The notes under the pieces: generated by a model
The model's database searches: none
The model's input: the letters and a program-made list of their open reading frames with translations, nothing else
What the model was told of the DNA's origin: nothing
Made by a program: the position numbers and the translations under genes
NCBI GenBank assembly: GCA_964577995.1
Contig: CAZOBP010000001.1
Location: 2,229-66,228, forward strand
From: an uncultured Anaerolineales bacterium
GTDB taxonomy: Bacteria; Chloroflexota; Anaerolineae; UBA7937; B3-Chlor
Direction: 5' to 3'
Length of the DNA stretch: 64,000 bases
Shown here: positions 10,052-18,448 of the stretch, piece after piece
How positions within the stretch are numbered: position 1 is the first letter of the stretch
Layout: every line of letters starts with the position of its first letter

Positions 10052-10717
10052 TCACTGCACCCGCTGCCAGTCGACGCGCTGACTGCAATCGGGCTGGTAG
10101 TCTATGTCCACCACGCGGCTCAGAGGGTTTCCAGCCCCGTCCACGATCACTAGGTGGAAAACGCCCGCGTCGGAGCCCATCGTGAACTCATACTTGCCCA
10201 CCTGGGATTGTCCTTCGGTTTGCTTCTCGGCCTCGAACCCGTAGTCGTTGTATAGATACATGCGTGCCCCGGGCAACCCGTTGCCGCCTGCGTCGTAGAC
10301 CCGGCCTCCAATCAGCCGCGCAGTTGTGCAGTCCCGTTCGTCCCGCACCACGTGGAACTGGTATTCGTCCGGTGGCACGACTGGCGTCGCTCCGCCAGAG
10401 GGCACCGTCGAGGTTGGGCTCTCCATCGGCGTCGGAGACTCTGCGGGAGTGGCTGTCGCTGGAGGCACGGGCGTCGCTGTCGGTGCCACAGGCGTGGATA
10501 GCTCAGGGTTGGGAGAAGGTGTGCCGGCGGGAGTATTGCTGGCCACCGGTGTCGAGCCGGTAGGGCTACTCACGGACGCCTCGGTAGGAGTCCAGCTTTC
10601 TACAGCGACGACTTGAGACTGTGTACCCCGCGTCAAGGCGGAGAAGGCCGCACAAGCACCAAGGCACATGAGCAAGAGAACGAACAAGAAGGCCAGCGCG
10701 GAGCCCTTATTCTGCAT
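10052..10717 (-). CDS. Membrane-anchored protein with Pro/Thr linker and Cys-containing beta-sandwich-like C-terminal domain (paralog of 1911..2684)
   Basis: Signal/TM ALAFLFVLLLMCLGACAAF and a PT-rich linker. C-terminal CTTARLIGGRVYDAGGNGLPGARMYLY...CSQRVDW. Start taken at ATG 10717; the ORF extends to 10777. Confidence 0.65.
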   Translation of the reverse strand: MQNKGSALAFLFVLLLMCLGACAAFSALTRGTQSQVVAVESWTPTEASVSSPTGSTPVASNTPAGTPSPNPELSTPVAPTATPVPPATATPAESPTPMESPTSTVPSGGATPVVPPDEYQFHVVRDERDCTTARLIGGRVYDAGGNGLPGARMYLYNDYGFEAEKQTEGQSQVGKYEFTMGSDAGVFHLVIVDGAGNPLSRVVDIDYQPDCSQRVDWQRVQ

Positions 10718-10831
10718 GAAGCCATCATCCTTTTCGAAATCCAAGTGGTCGCAGCGACTGCGTCCAGAGCCTACCAACCAGCCATGTTATCATAACTCGT
10801 CAGGCACTGCAACGGCAACTAGGCACGCCGT

Positions 10832-10860
10832 TTGCGCCGCGGGCGGCGAGGTGCTATGAT
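10832..10860 (+). promoter_or_regulatory. Promoter TTGCGC-17-TATGAT (with TGc extended -10) for tRNA-Val
   Basis: TTGCGC is at 10832-10837 and TATGAT at 10855-10860. The tRNA starts 16 nt downstream. Confidence 0.45.
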
Positions 10861-10875
10861 ACGCAGTATCCACAG

Positions 10876-10949
10876 GGGCGAGTAGCTCAGCTGGTCAGAG
10901 CGCGCGGTTCACATCCGCGAGGTCGTAGGTTCGAGTCCTATCTCGCCCA
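10876..10949 (+). tRNA. tRNA-Val (anticodon CAC)
   Basis: Cloverleaf read by eye. Acceptor GGGCGAG/CTCGCCC. D arm GCTC..GAGC. Anticodon stem CGCGG/CCGCG with loop TTCACAT. T arm GTAGG-TTCGAGT-CCTAT. Discriminator A. No encoded CCA. Confidence 0.9.
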
Positions 10950-10986
10950 CTGGTCTCACTAGCGCTCCTGCTGTGGGTACCCAGTC

Positions 10987-12714
10987 ATGCCCAACAAACC
11001 AGACATCTCGACCGAGTGGCGCATCAGTCACCTTCGCTGGGCCATGCTGGTCGCCACGTTGATCATTAGTGCCCAGGACCCCTCACAGAGACCTCGGCTC
11101 CTAGCCATCTTCGCCATCCTGCTGGCGGGTGGACTGTATAACCTCGCTCTAGTACTTCTACTGTACTTCAAGCGCCCGTTCGTCCATTTCCGCGAGGTCA
11201 CGCTAGGTCTGGATACCCTGCTGTTTGTGATTGTCGCCTACCTCTCAGGGCAGCCCTCGTATTTCCTTTTCACATTGTTCCCCGTGGTTGTCGCTGCACT
11301 CCGGTTTGGCATCGAGATAAGCCTGCTCGTGGCCAGCCTGGTCACGTCCTCCTACGGCGGCTTCGTTTTGTTCTTCCAGCCATGGCTGGCAGGCGGGCAA
11401 AACCTCACCCCCACTCTGGTCACCATTCTGGCCTTGTTCATCGCAGCCATTGCCATAAGCCTCCTGAGACCCAACCCCCGGAAGGCCCTCGAAGTCACCG
11501 AGGGTGAACCGGAGGCACCACCGAGCGCTGCGTATCGCGAGCGTTTTCGCGCCATATATGAAATGACCGGCGAACTCATCGCTACGCTCAACTACCAACT
11601 GGTCCTGGAGAAGATGCTTGACGTCAGCGTGGCCGGCTACCAAGAAAGCGAGCAGAGAAGCCTTCAACGACCCGCAAGCATGGTGCTCCTCTTCGATGAG
11701 GAGCAGGATAACCTCTACGTCGCTGCGTCTCGCAATCTCAGCAAGACTGATGAATTCAAGCGAGTGAAAGGATCCACCGGCCTGATACGCCACGTCCTGT
11801 CCAGGGGCGAGCCAGCGCGAACCAGCCGCCCCGATGCCGATCGTGAGTTGTCCACCTACCGCGCTCTACGCCGTTGTCGTTCCTTGCTGTGCGTTCCTCT
11901 GAGAGCGGGTCTGGAACTGTACGGAGTGGCGCTTTTTGGCAGTCCCGAGCGCAATGCCTATGGCGACGCCTACATGGAACTGGTCACAGCGTTCTGCAAC
12001 CAGGCCAGTATCGCCCTTCAGAATGCGGAGCTTTATGAGACCCTCAAGGAGGAGAGGAAGCGGGTACTCTTCAGTGACGAGGAGCTACGAAAGCAGCTAG
12101 CACGCGAACTCCATGACGGCCCTACCCAGACCATATCCTCCATTGCCATGCGACTGGACTTCATCCGAACCCTCCTCGAACCCGATCCCGCTCGGGCAAG
12201 ACAAGAACTCGACAAACTGGAGAGGCTGGCTGGCCAAGCCGTCACCGAAGTACGCACGATGCTCTTCACTATGCGCCCCATGGTTCTCGAGAGTCAAGGT
12301 CTAGCCGCCGCCCTGGAGCAGTACGCGGAGCGCATCCAGCAGACCGACGACATCGATGTGCACGTGGACGACGCACGGCTGAAGTCACGACCTGTGCCGC
12401 TTGTCGAGGGTGCCGTTTTCTTCATTCTGGAGGAGGCCGTCAACAACGCCAAGAAGCACGCCGACCCGCAGCACATCTGGGTCAGCCTCGAAAGCAGCAA
12501 CGGTGAGCTGTTCGCACAGGTGAGAGATGATGGTCAAGGCTTCGATATCGCGGAGGTAGAGCATTCCTATGACCAGCGCAGCAGCCTGGGTCTCGTCAAC
12601 ATGCGCGAGCGCGCCCGGCTGATCCACGGCGTGTTGACCATCGAGTCCAAGCCCATGGAAGGAACGACTGTCACTCTCACCGCCCCCATGAGCGGCGAAG
12701 AGGAAGCCCCGTAG
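10987..12714 (+). CDS. Sensor histidine kinase (multi-TM, GAF, HisKA_3, HATPase_c; NarL-partner type), no cognate response regulator nearby
   Basis: Five to six N-terminal TM helices. H-box LARELHDGPTQ. ATPase N/G boxes EEAVNNAKKHA, DDGQGF, LGLVNMRERA. Confidence 0.85.
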   Translation: MPNKPDISTEWRISHLRWAMLVATLIISAQDPSQRPRLLAIFAILLAGGLYNLALVLLLYFKRPFVHFREVTLGLDTLLFVIVAYLSGQPSYFLFTLFPVVVAALRFGIEISLLVASLVTSSYGGFVLFFQPWLAGGQNLTPTLVTILALFIAAIAISLLRPNPRKALEVTEGEPEAPPSAAYRERFRAIYEMTGELIATLNYQLVLEKMLDVSVAGYQESEQRSLQRPASMVLLFDEEQDNLYVAASRNLSKTDEFKRVKGSTGLIRHVLSRGEPARTSRPDADRELSTYRALRRCRSLLCVPLRAGLELYGVALFGSPERNAYGDAYMELVTAFCNQASIALQNAELYETLKEERKRVLFSDEELRKQLARELHDGPTQTISSIAMRLDFIRTLLEPDPARARQELDKLERLAGQAVTEVRTMLFTMRPMVLESQGLAAALEQYAERIQQTDDIDVHVDDARLKSRPVPLVEGAVFFILEEAVNNAKKHADPQHIWVSLESSNGELFAQVRDDGQGFDIAEVEHSYDQRSSLGLVNMRERARLIHGVLTIESKPMEGTTVTLTAPMSGEEEAP

Positions 12715-12729
12715 TGTCCTGGTCCCTGC

Positions 12730-13566
12730 GTGACCTACCACATACCCCAACGGTGGCTTATGTCAACTCCTGAGCTTCTGGATTCTGTCCTAGACTACAG
12801 GCTCGAGTTGGTGATATGGGTGCTGGTGTCCATCCTCATCTACGGCGTCGCGGTCAACCTCTGGTACCACCTTCAACGAGCCCCGTCGAGCCGGGTGAGC
12901 CGACGCCTGACAGCCTTCGAAAGCTGGCCCCATAGCCAGTGGTTCTTCCAGGCCCTGCGTCTCGTGTACTACCTGTGTGTCCCCTACTTCGCCCTGACCC
13001 GTGGCGTATCTAATCCGACGCTCATGGGCATGTGGGTCGCGGACTGGTTCGATGAGCGGTGGTTCGGCGAGTTGGCCTCGGGTCTGGCGCTCGGCCTTGG
13101 AGCATTCCTGCTCCTCCTCTGGGGTTGGCACCACTACCTGCTGACCACGAGGGAGAGCGACGGCCAGCCCACAGGTGACCCCTACTCGTTCGAGCGCAGG
13201 CTTCTGGCAGCACCCTGGGGCTGGGGACTAGTCTTGCTCGAAGTCCTGTACCTGGAGATGCACTGGGCGTTCTACCGGAGCGCTACCATCCGAGCCGCGG
13301 GGGATTACTATGGGGTATTCCTGGGCTTCCTGCTTGTGCTGGCAGAGTGGTCCCTGAATCCGGCAATCCGTAGCGATATGGGCGTGGCCCGGCGGGGCGC
13401 AGAGACCTTGACCACCGCAACCATAGCCTTCAGCATCAGTGTCATCTACTACTTCACAGCCAATCTATGGCTGTGCCTGGCGGTTCACCTCACCATGCAG
13501 TTCGGACTGTTGTCGTTTCTGGCCCTGTCCTGTGGCCTACCCTATCACGAGGGAGAGAGCCACTAG
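12730..13566 (+). CDS. Polytopic integral membrane protein, possibly a divergent CPBP/Abi-like intramembrane protease
   Basis: Six or more hydrophobic helices. Weak CPBP-like motifs (LEMHWAFYR, AVHLTMQF). The family call is tentative. Confidence 0.55.
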   Translation: MTYHIPQRWLMSTPELLDSVLDYRLELVIWVLVSILIYGVAVNLWYHLQRAPSSRVSRRLTAFESWPHSQWFFQALRLVYYLCVPYFALTRGVSNPTLMGMWVADWFDERWFGELASGLALGLGAFLLLLWGWHHYLLTTRESDGQPTGDPYSFERRLLAAPWGWGLVLLEVLYLEMHWAFYRSATIRAAGDYYGVFLGFLLVLAEWSLNPAIRSDMGVARRGAETLTTATIAFSISVIYYFTANLWLCLAVHLTMQFGLLSFLALSCGLPYHEGESH

Positions 13567-13776
13567 CACAGCAAGAAGCGTGCCTGCCAGAACGGCAATC
13601 CGCTTGAGGTCGTCGTACACGTACGCGTATTGCTCCGCAAAACCTTGGGCCGCAGTCGCCTCCACTTGAGTGGCCGGGGCCTTCGCTGACCTCTCTATTG
13701 GTGACGGAGTGGTCACCTTGCGTACAGCCTTCTTGCCCACCCGTTTGCTGCGCGATCGACGCGATTTCCTAGCCAT
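13537..13776 (-). CDS. Small tail-anchored protein (basic N-terminus, C-terminal TM)
   Basis: MARKSRRSRSKRVGKK...EQYAYVYDDLKRIAVLAGTLLAVLVALSLVIG. The 3' end overlaps the convergent 12730..13566 gene by 30 nt. Sits directly downstream of the sortase on the same strand. Confidence 0.55.
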   Translation of the reverse strand: MARKSRRSRSKRVGKKAVRKVTTPSPIERSAKAPATQVEATAAQGFAEQYAYVYDDLKRIAVLAGTLLAVLVALSLVIG

Positions 13777-13794
13777 CCTGTTTCTTCCTCAACT

Positions 13795-14835
13795 CTATTG
13801 ATTGGCGAGTTCGGCGATGAGTACTAGGCGATGACTGTCTATCATATATGGGTGGCACGTAATGAGCGTGAGCGTGGCATCGGGAGTCGCTTCCAGAAGA
13901 CTCACCTCGGTTGGCCCGACGACCATCTTGGCCACCACCAAGTAGCGATACGGTGTCTCTCCCGCATACACGATTGCCTCGTCACCTATGTTCACGTCCT
14001 CCAGTCGCCTGAATATCTCGCCGTACACGTCGTTGTGCCCGGAGATCACCATGTTGCCTCTTTCACCAGGGTTCGCCGAGCCGATACGGTGACCGGTCCC
14101 CATCTTCAGCTCTTCCCAACTGTCTCCCTCCACCACTGGTGCGTCAAGATCGATGCAAGGAATCACAATCCTCGATGCCTGTCGAGGACCAGGCGTGGAA
14201 ATGGGAATCGAGGCCCCAGGCTCCACCAGATGGCGCAGTTGGTCGGGCACGGTGCCCCCGGATCCCGGAGGCAGGCTACCTCCCGGCAACACCGCTCCGG
14301 TTGTGGCAGCGGGCCCAGTCTCGGGCTCGGCGTCCAAGGCCTCGGCGACCTCTCTGTTCAACACCTGGAGCTCTGACAGTGAACTGTACACCACGAAGAT
14401 GAGTCCCGCCAGGGCAGCGAGCTCAAGGAGCAAGAGCAACCTATCGCGCAACCTGGGGAAACCCTTGAGCCACAAGCCTCTCCCCAACCTGGCCAGAACC
14501 GATGCCGCTTTGCCTATCACACTGGTCTGCGGAACGATCTCCACGGCCTTGAAAGAGGCGCTTTCGTCGAGCACGCCGCTCTCACTCTGGGCCGGGTGCG
14601 CCCTGGAAACCACGGCAGAGCCGCCCTCGGACCACTGACGAGAACCTCTGTATCGTCCACGCAGTGGAGGACGCTCCTCTCCCCCATCAGAGGCTTCGAG
14701 CAGAGAACCCAACCCCGATTCTTCGCTCGAAGAGACACGCCGAAACCGCTCTAGCGCACGGGCACGTCGCTTCGCCTCGAGGATTTCCTCGAGCTCCTCT
14801 ATAGTCCGATCATCCATGGAAGACTCGTCGCTCAT
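13795..14835 (-). CDS. Sortase-family transpeptidase with a long acidic/basic cytoplasmic N-terminal extension
   Basis: Catalytic motifs VISGHND (His), TLTLITCHPY (TLxTC Cys) and a downstream Arg. A TM helix lies at about aa 150. Confidence 0.8.
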   Translation of the reverse strand: MSDESSMDDRTIEELEEILEAKRRARALERFRRVSSSEESGLGSLLEASDGGEERPPLRGRYRGSRQWSEGGSAVVSRAHPAQSESGVLDESASFKAVEIVPQTSVIGKAASVLARLGRGLWLKGFPRLRDRLLLLLELAALAGLIFVVYSSLSELQVLNREVAEALDAEPETGPAATTGAVLPGGSLPPGSGGTVPDQLRHLVEPGASIPISTPGPRQASRIVIPCIDLDAPVVEGDSWEELKMGTGHRIGSANPGERGNMVISGHNDVYGEIFRRLEDVNIGDEAIVYAGETPYRYLVVAKMVVGPTEVSLLEATPDATLTLITCHPYMIDSHRLVLIAELANQ

Positions 14836-15053
14836 GGTACGATTCCTCGGTCCCGCAAGCCTTCAGCCGTCCCCAAGGACAGACCACAGGGTCGGTACGC
14901 GTCGCGTCCCTCCGCCGCTAGTCTGCACATTCAGGTCCACACTCCGTCCAACCCGTACCAAGCGCTCTCCCGACTGACCACACCCTGACAGCGCTCAGCC
15001 ACGCGCACGACGAACTGACACAAGACCCCCAAAGGTCCCGATACCTTATGTAA

Positions 15054-15081
15054 ATTATATGCCGTGCTGGCGAATAGTCAA
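15054..15081 (-). promoter_or_regulatory. Promoter TTGACT-16-TATAAT upstream of the sortase gene
   Basis: On the minus strand, TTGACT is at 15081-15076 and TATAAT at 15059-15054. This leaves a ~210-nt leader before ATG 14835. Confidence 0.45.
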
Positions 15082-15124
15082 GCAACCCTTCGTTCTCGGA
15101 TCGCAGGTCTGTCCTGCCCGACCG

Positions 15125-16750
15125 TCACCGTGAGACACGACGAGTGGCAGACGGCGACTGCGCCGACGCCAGTTCCTTCAGGGTAGTGAGGTCCTCCACG
15201 CGCAGAATCCAGACCATCACCCCATAGGTCAGCACGCCCACAGCGGCCCCGCCGGCCACGACCAGAAGCTCGCTCCAGACGGATGAGAGAGCAGCCAGCC
15301 GAGTCAGCCCCGGCATACCCGCTCGCACGACGGCACCGATCACCAGCGAGGCGACTGCGACCTTCAGGGCGGTCTTCCCCAGACCCTGGCTGCGAAGGGC
15401 ATCGAAGCGGCGGTGGGCGAGATACAGCATCACCAGCGCGTGGCTAGTCAACTGGATCGAATTGGCGAGGACTAGCCCCAGCATTCCCAGCGGCACGATC
15501 AGCAGCAAGGCCGCGACGACATAGATCAGTACACCCAGGATTCCCACCAATACAGGTGTCTTTGTGTCCTTGCTTGCATAGAAGGCGAAGATCAACGGTT
15601 GCTCCAGAGCGGCGAAAGGCAGCCCGATGAGGTACACCCGGAGCGCCTCGGAAGTTCGGATTGTGTCATACGGCTGAAAGGCACCATGCTCGAACACCAG
15701 GGCGATGATAGGCGTAGCCAACACGAAGAGACCAACACTCGCCGGGACAACGAGCAGCATCACGATGCGCAAGCCCATACCAAGAGTTCGCCGAAAGCGC
15801 AAAAGCTCGGCGCTAGAGGCCAGCCGGGACAGTGAAGGCAGGATCGCCGTCGAGACAGCTACAGCTACCAGGCCCAAGGGGAACTGGATGAGCGTGGTCG
15901 CATTCTGCATCCAGGCGATGCTCTGATCGCCCGTTCGCGAGGCAAGGTTTCGGTCGATGGCGATACCCAACTGGCTCACGATGAGGCCCAAAGCCACCGG
16001 GAGGTACAGCCTGCCTATACGTCTCAGCCCCGGGTGAGTGAGATCCGGGCGGAAGGAAAGCCGTAGTTCACGGAGGCCTGGCAACTGGATGGCAACCTGT
16101 AGGATCGAGCCCAGAAGCACCCCCAGGGACAAGCTCGCCACGCCGAACCTGTCCCCCAGAAACAGCGCCCCCACTATGATGCCCAGGTTGAAGACACTGG
16201 CACCAAAGGCCGGGTAGATGAAGCGCTTGTCTGCATATAGAAGACCGGTTGATGCCCCTGACAACCCAAGGAACAGCACGGAGGGCACAGCCAAGCGGGT
16301 GAGTGTCGTCGTCTGCACCAAGAGCTCGGCATCGAAGCCGCCACCCAGTATCCAGGACACGGCGGGCGCAGCCCACTCGAGAAGGAGAACAATCAGCGAA
16401 AAGGCGATGGCTACGAGTGAGAACAAGGCGCTGGCCAGGCGCCAAAGCTCCTCTCGCTTCGATGGAGCTGTGTAGTCCGTGAAGACGGGGACCAGAGCGG
16501 CGCTGATCATGCCCCCTATGAGCAAATCGTAGACCATCGTGGGCACGATGGATGCGACTCGGAACGCGCTGACCATACCTGTCGCGCCGAAGAGGTGCGA
16601 GATGACCGTCTCTCGAACGAGACCCAGCACTCGGCTGCTGACATTGCCCAGGGCCACAATCACGGCAGCCCGCGCGATTTCCTTCCCCTCGCCCTCCTGC
16701 GATAGCGCCTCGTCCTGCGGCTCACCTCCAGGCACCAACCCGTGGCTCAC
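15125..16750 (-). CDS. murJ: Lipid II flippase MurJ (MviN)
   Basis: 541 aa and about 14 TM helices. N-terminal signature SRVLGLVRETVISHLFGATGMVSAFRVASIVP. Confidence 0.85.
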   Translation of the reverse strand: MSHGLVPGGEPQDEALSQEGEGKEIARAAVIVALGNVSSRVLGLVRETVISHLFGATGMVSAFRVASIVPTMVYDLLIGGMISAALVPVFTDYTAPSKREELWRLASALFSLVAIAFSLIVLLLEWAAPAVSWILGGGFDAELLVQTTTLTRLAVPSVLFLGLSGASTGLLYADKRFIYPAFGASVFNLGIIVGALFLGDRFGVASLSLGVLLGSILQVAIQLPGLRELRLSFRPDLTHPGLRRIGRLYLPVALGLIVSQLGIAIDRNLASRTGDQSIAWMQNATTLIQFPLGLVAVAVSTAILPSLSRLASSAELLRFRRTLGMGLRIVMLLVVPASVGLFVLATPIIALVFEHGAFQPYDTIRTSEALRVYLIGLPFAALEQPLIFAFYASKDTKTPVLVGILGVLIYVVAALLLIVPLGMLGLVLANSIQLTSHALVMLYLAHRRFDALRSQGLGKTALKVAVASLVIGAVVRAGMPGLTRLAALSSVWSELLVVAGGAAVGVLTYGVMVWILRVEDLTTLKELASAQSPSATRRVSR

Positions 16751-17238
16751 TAATCGTCTCCCGTATGGCGAGCCACGATGGTCGAGATGAGATCGCTTGT
16801 CGAGCGATTGGCGATGAGTGAGGTGAGGTGGACCCGCCCGCCGTAGTCGGTCACTATCCTGGCCTCCGGTAGTTCCTCCTGGCGATAGTTGCCTCCCTTC
16901 ACGTACACGTCTGGCTTCAGTACAGCCACCAGCCTCTCTGCCGTCTTCTCGCTGAAGATGACTACATAGTCAACGTATCGCAGGGCCGCCAGCACCTCTG
17001 CCCGTTCGTCCTGGCCCACGTAGGGGCGTCCTGGCCCCTTCACACCTCGTGTGGACTCGTCATCATTGAGACCCACGAACAGTAGGTCTCCCTGCTCTCT
17101 AGCCTCCTTCAGATACCGAACATGTCCCACGTGCAGAAGATCGAAGCACCCATTGGTGAAAACGACGCTCTTGCCCTGAGACAATGCTAGTTCCCGCAGT
17201 GAGCGAGCCTTCTTCAGCGATACGACTTCCCCACTCAT
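16750..17238 (-). CDS. Cytidylyltransferase-fold nucleotidyltransferase, RfaE domain II-like (D-beta-D-heptose 1-phosphate adenylyltransferase family)
   Basis: VVFTNGCFDLLHVGHVRYLKEAREQGDLLFVGLNDDESTRGVKGPGRP...VKGGNY. Start at ATG 17238, which has GGAGGG 7 nt upstream; the ORF extends to 17301. The stop TAG overlaps the murJ GTG by 1 nt. Confidence 0.75.
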   Translation of the reverse strand: MSGEVVSLKKARSLRELALSQGKSVVFTNGCFDLLHVGHVRYLKEAREQGDLLFVGLNDDESTRGVKGPGRPYVGQDERAEVLAALRYVDYVVIFSEKTAERLVAVLKPDVYVKGGNYRQEELPEARIVTDYGGRVHLTSLIANRSTSDLISTIVARHTGDD

Positions 17239-17341
17239 ACTCACACCCTCCAACCTCGACCACGCTATTCTACAACACTTGTGGCCTCGCGTCAAGCCCA
17301 AAGAGTAGCTGGCCTGGTGTCTGCTATGATATAATGCGTGC

Positions 17342-18349
17342 GTGATCAGTGACTATCGCGACAGGAATGCACCTGCCAGAAAGATCGTCCTCGCCATACT
17401 GGGGGTGGTTCTGGCCCTCATCTGTCTGATCGCTGCCGCCTTCTTCGCGTCGTGGCCCGTAGGGACGCTGGCCGCCATCCTTCAGCCTACGCATACGCCC
17501 ACTCCCACGCCGACTGCCATGCCCACGTACACGAACACTCCGCTCCCCGTGCCGACCTTCATCCCCACACCCAGCCCCACACCGACGGTGGCTGAACCCC
17601 AGGCACACCAATGGCTGGAGCGCCCATTCAGCGAGGAGCAATGCAACGAGCCAACGCGCTATTATCCTTATGGTTCCACAGGGGGCGGCAAGTACCGTAT
17701 CCATCGGGGTGCGGACCTCCCTGGCCCTTTCGGCACACCGATCTTCGCCGCTGCTAGAGGACGTGTGATCGTAGCAGGCGAAGATGCTCGCGTGATCTAT
17801 GGGGAACGGCTTGGGTTCTATGGTCAGTTGGTGGTCATCCAGCTCCAGGAGCAGTACCGGGGACAGAAGGCATACGTGCTCTACGGCCACCTCTCCCAGG
17901 TACACGTTCACTTCCTGCAAGTGGTTGAGCCAGGCGATCTGATAGGAGAAGTCGGCATGAGCGGCGTCGCCATTGGCCCGCATCTCCATCTGGAAGTACG
18001 CCTGGGCAGCAACAGCTACCAGAACACTAGGAATCCGGAACTATGGCTGCGTCCTCTCCCAGGAAAGGGCACCTTGCTGGGTCGCTTGGTCGATGGCGAG
18101 GGACAGCCGATATCCGCACATCCTCTGACAGTCTACCGCACGGAAGGCGAAGAGCGGCGATGGCAGGATGCCACAACCTACCCGGCGACTGACGTAAACC
18201 CCGACGACGAATGGAAAGAGAACTTCGCCTTGGGCGACATCCCCGCAGGGGACTACGTGGTCAAGACCTACGTGAACGGTCACTTGTACACTGAGAACTT
18301 CACCGTTCGCGAAGGAGAAACAACCTACGTCATCATCGAGGTTCCGTAG
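17342..18349 (+). CDS. M23 family metallopeptidase with Pro/Thr linker and C-terminal carboxypeptidase-regulatory-like domain
   Basis: TM and PT linker. M23 motifs HRGADL, GHLSQV, GPHLHLEV. C-terminal beta-sandwich-like LVDGEGQPI...DYVVKTYVNG. Confidence 0.8.
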   Translation: MISDYRDRNAPARKIVLAILGVVLALICLIAAAFFASWPVGTLAAILQPTHTPTPTPTAMPTYTNTPLPVPTFIPTPSPTPTVAEPQAHQWLERPFSEEQCNEPTRYYPYGSTGGGKYRIHRGADLPGPFGTPIFAAARGRVIVAGEDARVIYGERLGFYGQLVVIQLQEQYRGQKAYVLYGHLSQVHVHFLQVVEPGDLIGEVGMSGVAIGPHLHLEVRLGSNSYQNTRNPELWLRPLPGKGTLLGRLVDGEGQPISAHPLTVYRTEGEERRWQDATTYPATDVNPDDEWKENFALGDIPAGDYVVKTYVNGHLYTENFTVREGETTYVIIEVP

Positions 18350-18448
18350 ACCGAGCCAGGCATTGCCGTCCATGGTCACACAGGGCAACTCGGGGTGGCC
18401 TATTAGCCCGCCCACTCACGTTCGCTGAAGCGGCCAGAAGGAACGATC

